DNA of 64,000 nucleotides from Patescibacteria group bacterium (GCA_042569595.1 JBHPHI010000001.1:8326-72325), one strand, 5' to 3'. Positions 30,273 to 41,536 are shown, counted from the stretch's first letter. Program-made: numbers and translations. The notes: generated by a model from the letters alone, not told the origin.

Positions 30273-30697
30273 ATTCTTGCATGCATGAGTCTCCAGAGAG
30301 GAGTAAAAGGAGCGCTACATGGCTCTTTTTATGTACTTCACCCCTGGAGTCTACGATCTACTATTTTTATTAAATACGTACACATGAAAGGATTGTCCCT
30401 GTGAAAACTTATAGTCCTTCGTGAAAAGAAATGTTATAGGACATATAAACTATAGGACACTCCTCTACTTTGCTGTGTTGTAATTTTGTACTCGCCACTT
30501 CCCTTCTTTTGTTTGTGTAAAAAAATGAGTGCAATGCATTAAAACAAATAAACAAATTAATTAATCTTTAATGTTTTCTTGATCATAATCAGCTTATTTA
30601 TTCATTCAAGCCACGAGGCACCTCCAAAGACACCCCAAACCACTCCCCTTTCAAAAAAACAAATCACTTGAGGAAAACAAGATTGTACTTGAGGAAA

Positions 30698-31465
30698 TTA
30701 TTTCCAAGGAGTCACTATTATCGCAGCCAAAAGAACAAACACCCCTACAGATAAATACTCTTGAAGAGTCTGAGGAAACAATCGCTCAGATATCTCATGC
30801 TGAAGCAAACCAAGACCCACATAAACCACAGTTACCAAGATTATTGAAGCCACCCATACCGAAAATGGCAAAAGTGACACTGCTAGGGCCAACTGAAGCA
30901 CTAAAATAGAAATAAATCCGGCCTGCCTCCAAATCATTGGACTAACTTTCTCTTCAAGCTTAACAGACCACAAACCAGTTAACATCAGAGGAAACGTAGA
31001 TGCCCCAGCCAACAATCCGTTCAATAAAAAAGAAATCCTAAGAGAAAAAATTGTGTTAAATATCAAAAGCAAAGTAACTAAAGTCAACAAAAACCCTACT
31101 GCATGGGCAGCTCTCAACAATTGAATAGTTCTCACGGCCGCCACAGAAAAGATATTACAAGTAAGATAAATTGCATACATACCCAAACCAAACAAAGTCA
31201 TGATAAAAACTCTTGCCCACCATGCCTCTGGAAGAAGAAAGTAGAAAAGGGCTACACTGGCAGCATATATGGCCGGAAAAGGCACAATAGTAAACCACTC
31301 AACTCCCTTCAAATCATCAAGCAACGCTACAGTCGAAACCAAAAAACTAGCAACAAAAAATACAAAAACAGCTAGGAATCTATACTCTAACGCAATATAT
31401 TGAATCCCCAACAAACCTAGAGACAATAACAAGGAGCTTAGAACAAATTTTCTTCTTTTCGTCAT
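30698..31465 (-). CDS. polytopic membrane protein, unknown function
   Basis: About 8 hydrophobic helices, no motif recognised. Confidence 0.5.
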   Translation of the reverse strand: MTKRRKFVLSSLLLSLGLLGIQYIALEYRFLAVFVFFVASFLVSTVALLDDLKGVEWFTIVPFPAIYAASVALFYFLLPEAWWARVFIMTLFGLGMYAIYLTCNIFSVAAVRTIQLLRAAHAVGFLLTLVTLLLIFNTIFSLRISFLLNGLLAGASTFPLMLTGLWSVKLEEKVSPMIWRQAGFISILVLQLALAVSLLPFSVWVASIILVTVVYVGLGLLQHEISERLFPQTLQEYLSVGVFVLLAAIIVTPWK

Positions 31466-31468
31466 ATA

Positions 31469-32008
31469 TTAACTTGCGTTTGTTACCACTTCCTCAACAT
31501 CATCGTGTTCTTCAAGTAATTCGGCCATTTTTTCAACTTTTTCCTTTATATCATCAGTCGAAGGCATTGGAACCTTTACAGTAATGTCATTACCACTTCT
31601 CTCAAACATATAAGAAACCGATCCAGGACCCCCCAAAGATCCGCCATTCTTATCAAACAAATGTCTCACCTCAGCCCCAGTTCTTTGTCTGTTGTCCGTA
31701 AGGGCTACAACCATAAACCCAATCCCTCCTGGTCCAAAACCCTCATATAAAACTTCTTCTATTTGCCCACCCTTACCAACTCCAAGCCCTCGATCTACGG
31801 CACGTTGAACGTTGTCTTTTGGCATGTTTGCCTGTCTTGCTTTATCCATTGCCACTCTCAAAGAAGGGTTTTGATCGGGATCCCCGCTCTTCCCTTGCTT
31901 TACGGCAATTCGAATCATTTTGGATATTTCACTAAAAACTTTACCTTTTTTTGCATCAGTAGCAGCTTTTTTATGTTTTATTGTGCTCCATTTACTGTGA
32001 CCACTCAT
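31469..32008 (-). CDS. yebC: YebC/PmpR family DNA-binding regulator (short form)
   Basis: MSGHSKWSTIKHKKAATDAKKGKVF...; the track ORF has 5 extra N-terminal codons. Confidence 0.85.
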   Translation of the reverse strand: MSGHSKWSTIKHKKAATDAKKGKVFSEISKMIRIAVKQGKSGDPDQNPSLRVAMDKARQANMPKDNVQRAVDRGLGVGKGGQIEEVLYEGFGPGGIGFMVVALTDNRQRTGAEVRHLFDKNGGSLGGPGSVSYMFERSGNDITVKVPMPSTDDIKEKVEKMAELLEEHDDVEEVVTNAS

Positions 32009-32186
32009 ACGCTCCCCTTTCAAAACAAAGTTATATCTCGTGTTTATAGGGGAATTTTATCATTCACAAATTCAGTAGTCTATTAAATAAGCCTATGTGT
32101 ATTTTATCAGTATTGACAGATAAACAAGTCTGGTTTATTTTTTGCCTAGAAGTATTTGATAGAAATTAAAAATATATTCTACAAAA

Positions 32187-32780
32187 ATGGGTGAAGACCT
32201 AAAAAACAAAGCCATCAAATCTGCTCTAAGCCAAGATTGGGAACCCGCCATTGAATATAATCTCGAATACTTAGATGAATTCCCAAACAACATTCCCGCT
32301 CTAAATAGACTAGCAAAAGCCTACTTCCACACGGGAAATCTAAAAAAAGCTCAAGAAACCTACAAGAAAGTTCTCTCTCTAGATAAATACAACCCAGTCG
32401 CCTCAAAACAAATACAGAAACTAAGTAACGGTTGTAAAAATCGTCGCTCAAAAACAATAAAATCAAAATTTGTTGAAGAACCCGGAAAAACAAAAAAAGT
32501 AGAACTCTTAAGGGTTGCGGACAAGAACATTCTTCATGAATTAGATTCTGGAGAATTACTCGATCTTAAAGTAAAGAAGGGTCGTCTTTGTGTATTTTCT
32601 CAAGACGACCAATATATTGGCGCTCTCCCAGATGACATATCTTTCCATATTAGGAAGCTCATAGAAACGGGAAATAAGTACGAAACTATCCTTTGTAGCT
32701 CAAGCGACAGGCAGGTATTAGTTTTTATTAGAGAAATCCTGCAATCTTCAAAAAACACCAATCACGCATCTTTCCACTAG
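32187..32780 (+). CDS. TPR-repeat protein
   Basis: N-terminal TPR-like helices (...ALNRLAKAYFHTGNLKKAQETYKKVLSLDKYNP...). Confidence 0.45.
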   Translation: MGEDLKNKAIKSALSQDWEPAIEYNLEYLDEFPNNIPALNRLAKAYFHTGNLKKAQETYKKVLSLDKYNPVASKQIQKLSNGCKNRRSKTIKSKFVEEPGKTKKVELLRVADKNILHELDSGELLDLKVKKGRLCVFSQDDQYIGALPDDISFHIRKLIETGNKYETILCSSSDRQVLVFIREILQSSKNTNHASFH

Positions 32781-33844
32781 TTTTCTTCAGGTTTATCAGA
32801 TAAATACTCCTTATAGTCTTTTCCTAAAAGCACCACTATATCTGCCCTAAAATCTTCAGTTTCTCCTACCTCAACCTCAAAATCATCGAATAAATTACTC
32901 AAAATCAAAAAGGTTTCAGAATCCATAAAATCTTTATTTTTGATCACAATTTTAGAAGACTCATATCCCAATTGATTTTCACTTACACTCACCACTGAAA
33001 CACCACTATTCAACAAAATCCTAGAAAGCGACGATGCCAGTCCTGAATGCGAAGTCGTGTTCAGCACTGCCACACCATAGCCTTCTTTCGAATAAACCAT
33101 ATTAATTGCCCTTCCCTCCAAAAATCCATCCAAACGCAACAAGTCCAACTCGTACACTTCACCACCATCTGGGAGTGTTTTTGTATACGCCAAGGAAGAC
33201 TCATGTATGGGTATTAGCTCTATCTGATCTTCTCTTAGTCCCGAAATTCTCTGAGCATACCGGACTACATCCATTACCCCAATCGGGTTACCAACCAGAG
33301 AAAAAGCCATAGGGCGAACAAGTTTTTGTAAATAATTCCTAAGATCACCCCCAACTTTTCCATCAGCAGAAACATGGCCGTGGATTCTTAATCCAAAAGT
33401 CTGTTGTGCCGATTTAATCAACAAGTTTTCTCCCATCTCCTCTATTTCACCCAACCTCAGTAAAGAACCTACTTTGTACTGCCCATACCCGTGCACCGTA
33501 CTCACCATAACATCCGGATCCATTTCAAACATCAACACGTCAGGCTCATTAGAGGACACACTTATCAACGTAACAAACCCCCCCTCTCTTCCAACAACCA
33601 CATTAAATCTTTGCTCGCCCTTCCAGGCTCCACTATTAAAAATTCTAAATACAAAAATGGCTGCAATCAAAAAAATAGACAAAAACGCAAAAAAAACAGT
33701 AGTCCGAAAGCCATTTTTTTTCTGCCTTTCTTTCTTTTCAGTCTTTTGTCTTTTCCACAAATACTCTTTAGAAACTTTTTTCGTTTTTCTTTTCTTTTTG
33801 GCAGGCATACTATTCATCTTAAAAAGATAATTACCGGATATCAA
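32777..33844 (-). CDS. LytR-CpsA-Psr (LCP) family protein with LytR_C domain
   Basis: Basic N-terminus plus TM anchor, LCP-like core (...FNVVVG...VTLISV...), C-terminal ...VAVLNTTSHSGLASSLSRILLNSGVSV.... Confidence 0.6.
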   Translation of the reverse strand: MISGNYLFKMNSMPAKKKRKTKKVSKEYLWKRQKTEKKERQKKNGFRTTVFFAFLSIFLIAAIFVFRIFNSGAWKGEQRFNVVVGREGGFVTLISVSSNEPDVLMFEMDPDVMVSTVHGYGQYKVGSLLRLGEIEEMGENLLIKSAQQTFGLRIHGHVSADGKVGGDLRNYLQKLVRPMAFSLVGNPIGVMDVVRYAQRISGLREDQIELIPIHESSLAYTKTLPDGGEVYELDLLRLDGFLEGRAINMVYSKEGYGVAVLNTTSHSGLASSLSRILLNSGVSVVSVSENQLGYESSKIVIKNKDFMDSETFLILSNLFDDFEVEVGETEDFRADIVVLLGKDYKEYLSDKPEEN

Positions 33845-33853
33845 GAAGGTAAA

Positions 33854-35756
<1,903 letters not shown>

Positions 35757-35760
35757 GTCC

Positions 35761-36150
35761 TTATTGTACCCTAGAGGTCATAAAATAAGACCAAACCACC
35801 AAACACACCCCAACAAACAACATCAAATCAGCAAAATTTCCATATACATCAAGTGTTGGCCAATATATAAAATCTCTCACTCCACCCATTATTACTCTAT
35901 CTGTCATGTTTGATATTCCAGAAGACATTATTATCACCAATCCCCACTTCTCAAATTTATTTGAAGAGTTTAAAAAGAAAAACAAAACAACGAACAAGGA
36001 AGCTGCCATCAAAAGAACCCAAGACCACCCCTGTCCTACACCGAATACTCCACCAAAGTTTATTTGCTTATAAAAAAAGTACTTAGTTACCTGATCCAAA
36101 CCAATCAACGAAAAAAGCGTAAATAAAAAAAGCTTCGTATTTACCTTCAT
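35761..36150 (-). CDS. lspA: lipoprotein signal peptidase (signal peptidase II)
   Basis: Four TM helices, ...ISNMTDR...VRDFI... and ...NFADL... Asp motifs; conserved lspA-rluD adjacency. Confidence 0.8.
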   Translation of the reverse strand: MKVNTKLFLFTLFSLIGLDQVTKYFFYKQINFGGVFGVGQGWSWVLLMAASLFVVLFFFLNSSNKFEKWGLVIIMSSGISNMTDRVIMGGVRDFIYWPTLDVYGNFADLMLFVGVCLVVWSYFMTSRVQ

Positions 36151-36158
36151 GAGTTAGT

Positions 36159-36524
36159 TTATTTTTTCTTTTTCGCACAATTCACACACTTTTGAGCTGA
36201 TGGGTCTATTGCCAATCTGTCGGTGTCAATCATTCCTCCACACTCATCACACAGGCCATATTTTCCAATTTTAATTTTTGTTAATGATTTTTTTACACTA
36301 ATAAGCATTTTATCAAGCTCAGACCCTACTGCCACAGATCTCTCATGACCAAATCTACCAGCAGCCCTTGCATCTGTTGCTGCAGAGTTTAACCTATCCG
36401 CGTCATTTATTGGATCGTTTTTTTTGATTTCTTCTTTTTGCTTTAAAAGCTTCTTTTGACGATCTTCTAAAAACTTTTTAATAGGCAGTAAAACTTTGGC
36501 TGGGTACTTCACGATTTGGTTCAT
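36159..36524 (-). CDS. DksA/TraR-family C4 zinc-finger protein
   Basis: C-terminal CDECGGMI....CVNC four-Cys finger, coiled-coil N-terminal part. Confidence 0.75.
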   Translation of the reverse strand: MNQIVKYPAKVLLPIKKFLEDRQKKLLKQKEEIKKNDPINDADRLNSAATDARAAGRFGHERSVAVGSELDKMLISVKKSLTKIKIGKYGLCDECGGMIDTDRLAIDPSAQKCVNCAKKKK

Positions 36525-36539
36525 GTATAAGCTCCTTTC

Positions 36540-37421
36540 TTATAAAATATCGCGCCCAATATCAGTATGTCTTCCTCTTCTTCTGCGCTCTCTTCTCTTC
36601 TCCACCCTCTCCCTCCTCTTTCCTTTTGATGCTTGTTTGACATCTTTTGAAAAACTTCTTCCGCTTCTTATATATAATCCCACAATGCCCAACAAAGACA
36701 TAGTAACCCACAACCACACATCTACAGATACGCCCAAAACACTAAAAGAAGAAGGTGAGAAGACAGAAATAACTACCCCAATTAATCCGGAGAAAAGTAC
36801 GTAGTTAAACAGCAAAAATCCACTTCTAACTCCGCTCTTTCCAGCTCTATACCATTCAAAAGTTCTATATCTTGTTTCTGCCCACATAAGGTATATGAAC
36901 AACAAAAAATACAAAACCAGTGCATAAAGTTGCACAGGATGTCTTTTATCAAACATTCCCACAAACCTCATTCCTACAATAGACTCCGTAGGCAACCCAA
37001 AACTACTTCCATTCAAAAATGAACCCAACCATCCGAAAACAAATGTTAGAGACAGCCCTGTTACCACGAAATCTGAAAACTCATAAAAATCCCATTTCCT
37101 TTTTTGGGTTTGAAAAAACAAGCTTGCCCCTCCAGCGAACAGGCCTCCCACCAAAGCAAACCCTGGTCTACCCAAAATATTAAACCAAGAAATTACATCC
37201 CACCCAAAAGAGCCAGCATTCATCAGCAAATACAAGATCCTAGAACCAACCATTGCCCAAAAAGAAGCATTTAACAAAACATCAAAAACCTCTTCCTCCT
37301 CATAGTGCTCTTCTCTCGTTTTTTTCCAAACAACGAACAGTCCAAACAAAAAACCCAAAAACAACATTAATCCAAAGCTATACAGCACAAACGGACCAAG
37401 TTTAAATATAACCGGTAACAT
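36540..37421 (-). CDS. lgt: prolipoprotein diacylglyceryl transferase, with basic C-terminal tail
   Basis: Polytopic, ...RHPVQLY... signature, ...GR.GN-like loop. Confidence 0.85.
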   Translation of the reverse strand: MLPVIFKLGPFVLYSFGLMLFLGFLFGLFVVWKKTREEHYEEEEVFDVLLNASFWAMVGSRILYLLMNAGSFGWDVISWFNILGRPGFALVGGLFAGGASLFFQTQKRKWDFYEFSDFVVTGLSLTFVFGWLGSFLNGSSFGLPTESIVGMRFVGMFDKRHPVQLYALVLYFLLFIYLMWAETRYRTFEWYRAGKSGVRSGFLLFNYVLFSGLIGVVISVFSPSSFSVLGVSVDVWLWVTMSLLGIVGLYIRSGRSFSKDVKQASKGKRRERVEKRRERRRRGRHTDIGRDIL

Positions 37422-37505
37422 AGTAACTCCATTCTACTACACAACTTGCCCAGACTAACTATTATCCGTATCATAGTAAACATTGGAAAATTCAAGGAAC
37501 ATAGT

Positions 37506-37943
37506 ATGTTAGCAGCATCCCATGCAATTGCAGGAGCAATCATTGCCAGCGCCGCTTCTACACCAGAAGTTGGTTATCTTGCAGCACTTATTTCTCATCC
37601 TCTGTTGGACCTCTTCCCACACTGGGACTTTAATACCAGACACAACATTCAAACCAAGTGGCAGATTATTTACTCCTCCTTGCTTGATGCTGGAGTTGGA
37701 TTCGCTATAGGTCTTGCTCTGTTCTCAGAAACAACAGACTGGAAAGTGCTTGTGGCAACCATGTTTATAGCTCAGCTTCCAGACTGGATAGAAGCACCTT
37801 ATCACGTATTCGAGTGGGACTTCCCCCCATTTTCCACCATAAAGAGGCTTCAGCATTTTTGGCACACCAAACTTGACTGGCCATGGGGATTTATACCACA
37901 AGCTGCAGTAGTTTTATTTGCAATATTTTTATCAAGAAAATAA
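37506..37943 (+). CDS. membrane protein, unknown function (His-rich helix ends)
   Basis: MLAASHAIAGAII...HPLLDLFPHWD...; the track ORF begins at 37446. Confidence 0.4.
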   Translation: MLAASHAIAGAIIASAASTPEVGYLAALISHPLLDLFPHWDFNTRHNIQTKWQIIYSSLLDAGVGFAIGLALFSETTDWKVLVATMFIAQLPDWIEAPYHVFEWDFPPFSTIKRLQHFWHTKLDWPWGFIPQAAVVLFAIFLSRK

Positions 37944-37944
37944 T

Positions 37945-38523
37945 CTAACTAACTCTCTCCACATAATCCCCAGTTCTCGTATCTACCCTAACCATATCTC
38001 CCTTTTTCACAAATAAAGGAACCCTCACTTTCAAACCATTCTCAAGAATTGCATCTTTTGTTGCAGCTCCCTGAGTGTCTCCCTTGACCCCAGGAGCAGC
38101 TTCCGTGACCTTGTAGTTTAATTTCATTGGCAGATCAATATCTAAAGGCTCCTCTTTATCACTTTTGGGGTTGTGCCAAAATGCCAAATTGTACTCTTCT
38201 CCATCTTTTAGATATTGACCTGTTTCACCAACAGACTTTTCTCCCAAAGACAGTTGTGAAAAATCAACAACATTCATGAATAAGTATTCATCTCCATCCT
38301 TATATAAAAACTGCATCTTTTTTCTGGAAATATCCAAATCGTCTACCTTTTCTCCGCTTTTAAAAGTTTTATCTGAAACAGATCCATTTTTCAGGTTTTT
38401 CACCTTTACTTTTATAGTTCCAGATCCTCGGGAAATATGTGTGTGAGTATATTTAACTACTTTCAAAGGCTGTCCATCCAACAAGAATGTGACACCGTTT
38501 CTTAGTTTTGTTACTGAAATCAT
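37945..38523 (-). CDS. efp: elongation factor P
   Basis: MISVTKLRNGVTFLLDGQPLKVVKYTHTHISRGSGTIKVKVKNL...; three OB/KOW-like domains. TACAAT lies 8 nt upstream of ATG 38523. Confidence 0.92.
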   Translation of the reverse strand: MISVTKLRNGVTFLLDGQPLKVVKYTHTHISRGSGTIKVKVKNLKNGSVSDKTFKSGEKVDDLDISRKKMQFLYKDGDEYLFMNVVDFSQLSLGEKSVGETGQYLKDGEEYNLAFWHNPKSDKEEPLDIDLPMKLNYKVTEAAPGVKGDTQGAATKDAILENGLKVRVPLFVKKGDMVRVDTRTGDYVERVS

Positions 38524-38603
38524 ACCCTGGGATTGTACATAATTAACCCCATTTCTGGCAAGTGATCGCCCACACCAGATCTGATACAATACAACTTATT
38601 CAA

Positions 38604-38693
38604 GCCGAGGTGGCGGAACTGGTAGACGCGCAGGTCTCAAAAACCTGTGGAGCTTAAACTCCGTGGGGGTTCGATCCCCCCCCCTCGGCACCA
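38604..38693 (+). tRNA. tRNA-Leu (anticodon CAA), class II long variable arm, CCA encoded
   Basis: Acceptor GCCGAGG/CCTCGGC, D-arm GGCGGAACTGGTAGACGC, anticodon loop CTCAAAA, variable arm GTGGAGCTTAAACTCCGT, T-arm GGGGGTTCGATCCCCC, then A-CCA. Confidence 0.93.
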
Positions 38694-38731
38694 TTTACGA
38701 TTTATACAAATTAACGTATAGTAAAAATCAA

Positions 38732-38950
38732 ATGTCAGATTTAATTAAAGGAATTTTTGCAGTAGACAGTGTCTGGTCAGTTATTACCAGAGGCCTAATT
38801 TGGATTGTCGCTGTTATCATTCTCGCCTACGGTGCTGACGAAGGACACAAAAGAAAACGCATCAAAAACGAGGTTGGACTGTTCTTCTTATTTCTTTCAG
38901 GCTCTGGGGTTTTGGTTTACCTAATCTTTGGTTTCGCCCCAACATTCTAG
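38732..38950 (+). CDS. small two-TM membrane protein
   Basis: MSDLIKGIF...; the longer track ORF (38663) would start inside the tRNA. Confidence 0.4.
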   Translation: MSDLIKGIFAVDSVWSVITRGLIWIVAVIILAYGADEGHKRKRIKNEVGLFFLFLSGSGVLVYLIFGFAPTF

Positions 38951-38954
38951 TCTT

Positions 38955-40274
38955 TTACTTTCTCTTTCTTTCCATTCCATAAAACTTTATCTTATCTCCA
39001 ACAAATTTCAAATCAACCATCCTGAGAGGTCCATTTCTATGTTTTGCAATTGATAGTTTTATATTTGTTCTATCTTCATCGTCACCTCTGAATAAAAACA
39101 TTACCACGTCAGCATCCTGCTCTATTGCCCCAGACTCACGAAGATCAGCCAACTGAGGCTGCTTGCTCCCACCCCTGTGTTCCACTGCACGAGATAGCTG
39201 AGAAAGTGCCAGGACTGGGACCTTCAATTCCCTTGCCAAGTTCTTCAATCCTTGTGATATCTCCGTCACCGCCACAACTCTACTTTCAGCATTTCTTCTC
39301 CCGTGAATCAGCTGCAAATAGTCAACAACGATTAACTTCAAACCATGCTCCGCCATCAACCTCCTAGCCTTCGTTCTCATCTCTAAAATGCTCATTCCAG
39401 GTGTGTCATCTATGTAAATTGGAGCATCTGCCAATACACCCATCGCATCAGAAAGAGCTGAAAACTCTGCCTCGCCCAACCTGCCAGTTTTTAACTTCCA
39501 CGCATCAATATTTGCTTGAGCCACCAAAAGCCTATCAACCAACTCTTCCCTGCTCATTTCCAAACTGAAAAATCCAATCGGCATCTTGTGATGCACTGCT
39601 ACATACTGGGCAATATTAAGGGCTAGCGCCGTCTTTCCCACAGAAGGCCTAGCGGCCAAGATAACCAAGTTAGATGGTTGCATGCCAGCCAAAGCATCAT
39701 CAATATCTGCAAATCCTGTAGGAACCCCCCTCATGCCCCCTGCAGTTTTATGAAGCTCGTCCAATCTGTCAAAACTTTCCGCCAAAGCATCTTTTATAGA
39801 AATAAAGACATTTTTTAGATGCTGTTGTGATAAAGAAAAAACATCTCTTTCAGCAGAATCCAGCAAATCTTTTATTTCTTTACTATCATCAAAAGCATTC
39901 TCAGTTAGCCTTGCTGCCGAAGAAATCAGCTCTCTTTTTGTGTAATTATCCTTAACAATTCTTCCATAATGTTCGGCATGAGCAGCTGTCGGTACTTTGT
40001 TTGCAAGCTCAGACAAAAACACAGATCCACCAACTTTAGTAAGCGACTTCGATTTCTTTAATCTATTTGCGACAGTAACAATATCAATGGGATCTCTCTC
40101 CTTATACAACTCCAACATGGCTTCAAACACTCTTCCATTCGCATCTTTATAAAAATGCTCAGGTCTCAAAAATTCAGCCACATCAGCCGCCGCTTCTCTA
40201 TCCAAAAGCAAAGCTCCAAGGACACTTTCCTCAGCATCTATACTATGTGGAGGGACTCTGTTGCCCGCAGCCAT
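38955..40274 (-). CDS. dnaB: replicative DNA helicase DnaB
   Basis: PPHSIDAEESVLGALLLD, Walker A ARPSVGKTA, ...VVDYLQL..., ...SQLSR..E.R. Confidence 0.93.
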   Translation of the reverse strand: MAAGNRVPPHSIDAEESVLGALLLDREAAADVAEFLRPEHFYKDANGRVFEAMLELYKERDPIDIVTVANRLKKSKSLTKVGGSVFLSELANKVPTAAHAEHYGRIVKDNYTKRELISSAARLTENAFDDSKEIKDLLDSAERDVFSLSQQHLKNVFISIKDALAESFDRLDELHKTAGGMRGVPTGFADIDDALAGMQPSNLVILAARPSVGKTALALNIAQYVAVHHKMPIGFFSLEMSREELVDRLLVAQANIDAWKLKTGRLGEAEFSALSDAMGVLADAPIYIDDTPGMSILEMRTKARRLMAEHGLKLIVVDYLQLIHGRRNAESRVVAVTEISQGLKNLARELKVPVLALSQLSRAVEHRGGSKQPQLADLRESGAIEQDADVVMFLFRGDDEDRTNIKLSIAKHRNGPLRMVDLKFVGDKIKFYGMERKRK

Positions 40275-40302
40275 AATTTATTCCTTAATTTCTGGGCAGT
40301 TT

Positions 40303-40962
40303 TTATGAAGTAAGCACAACCACTTCTGTTTCTTCAGGCAAACTCAGTGGGCTTACTGCTAGTTTATCAAGTTTCTTTGCATCTGTCGTACCCATTTCTT
40401 TCAAGAAATCATCCAAAGAGCCTACTTCAGCAAATGCTTTCCCAGCATGCTTGCTGGTTTTATAGTGCATGGGTATTACATACGATGGTTGAATAGTCGA
40501 AATTGTATCAACAGCTTGTTTGGGCCCAATTGTATAAACTCCCCCAACTGGACAAAGCAGCACATCTACTCCATCTAGCTCTTCCAGTTGCTTGTCCGAA
40601 AGGTTTTGCCCCAAATCTCCCAAATGAGCCACACTCACTCCGTCAACATGAAACACAAACATTGTGTTTTTTCCCCTTTCCTCCCCTTTCTTATCATCAT
40701 GATAAGAATGTATTCCGAATACACTTGTTCCCAAAATTTCATACTCACCAGGAAAATTAATTAAAAACGGCTCTTTTCTCCTAGAAGTTCCTTTTATAGC
40801 TTTGTGATTGCTATGATCAAAATGATCGTGGGAAACTGCAACGATATCTGCACTTACGCTTGGTAAAGAAAATCCAACTTCTTTTGTGTAAGGATCCACC
40901 ACCACAGATGCCTCCTTCCCTCTGAGTTTAAAACAAGAATGACCAAGATAAGTAATATCCAT
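40303..40962 (-). CDS. MBL-fold metal-dependent hydrolase (UPF0173-like)
   Basis: ITYLGHSCF..., ...VSHDHFDH... motif. Confidence 0.8.
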   Translation of the reverse strand: MDITYLGHSCFKLRGKEASVVVDPYTKEVGFSLPSVSADIVAVSHDHFDHSNHKAIKGTSRRKEPFLINFPGEYEILGTSVFGIHSYHDDKKGEERGKNTMFVFHVDGVSVAHLGDLGQNLSDKQLEELDGVDVLLCPVGGVYTIGPKQAVDTISTIQPSYVIPMHYKTSKHAGKAFAEVGSLDDFLKEMGTTDAKKLDKLAVSPLSLPEETEVVVLTS

Positions 40963-41088
40963 CAGTTTTTCCTTTCAAGTTTGTATTATAATCGACCTGT
41001 AAAGCGCCATCACACTCTAATAGATTTGCGTTTTTGAATCAAGCCTGGATTGACTAGATATTATTTTGTTGTTAAAGTACTTCAATAA

Positions 41089-41535
41089 ATGAAAAAAGAA
41101 GTTCTCATCGCAATAATTGTAGGTTTTTCACTCGGTCTTGTGATCACTTTTGGTATCTACAGAGCGCAAAAGTCCATAAAAGAAAGAGCAAATAGAAACA
41201 ACACTACTCAAGAAACCCAAACAGAAGAACTTCCAGAAATTCTCCTATCCATAACACAACCTCAAGACGGGGACATATTCGACCAAGACTCAATTACCAT
41301 TGGCGGAATCACTCAAAAAGAGTCACTAGTTACCGCTATCTCATCAGAAGACCACCAAGCCACCCAAGCAGATGAGTTGGGTAATTTTTCTATAGAATTT
41401 GAGCTTGATACCGGAGCAAATGACATCACCATTACAAGCTTCAACCAAGATGGAACCAAACAAGAAAAAGAAATGACCGTTGTATATACAACTTATGACT
41501 TTGAAGAAGCATCAGAAGAGGAAGCAGAAGAATAA
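41089..41535 (+). CDS. membrane-anchored/secreted protein with Ig-like region, acidic tail
   Basis: N-terminal TM anchor; ...ITQPQDGDIFDQDSITIGG... beta-rich segment. Confidence 0.45.
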   Translation: MKKEVLIAIIVGFSLGLVITFGIYRAQKSIKERANRNNTTQETQTEELPEILLSITQPQDGDIFDQDSITIGGITQKESLVTAISSEDHQATQADELGNFSIEFELDTGANDITITSFNQDGTKQEKEMTVVYTTYDFEEASEEEAEE

Positions 41536-41536
41536 A

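Noticed and set aside
28181-30697. Classical integron (intI + attI + attC cassettes).
   Set aside because: No GTTRRRY / RYYYAAC core sites were found around the hairpin repeats. The recombinase lacks the long IntI-specific insertion and looks like the Xer-like proteins common in small-genome bacteria. Only the looser 'cassette-like' hypothesis is kept.
29580-30697. Known housekeeping RNAs (tmRNA, RNase P RNA, SRP RNA) in the ORF-free gap.
   Set aside because: I could not find the diagnostic strings on either strand. These are the tmRNA tRNA-like end GGTTCGA.TCC...CCA, the RNase P P4 GAGGAAAGTCC (the nearest is CAGGAAAGCG), and the SRP GGAAGCAG helix-8 motif. A covariance-model scan is still needed.
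38663-38950. 95-aa ORF beginning inside the tRNA-Leu gene.
   Set aside because: The first 23 codons overlap the tRNA T-arm and acceptor stem. The internal start at 38732 (MSDLIKG...) gives a clean two-TM protein.
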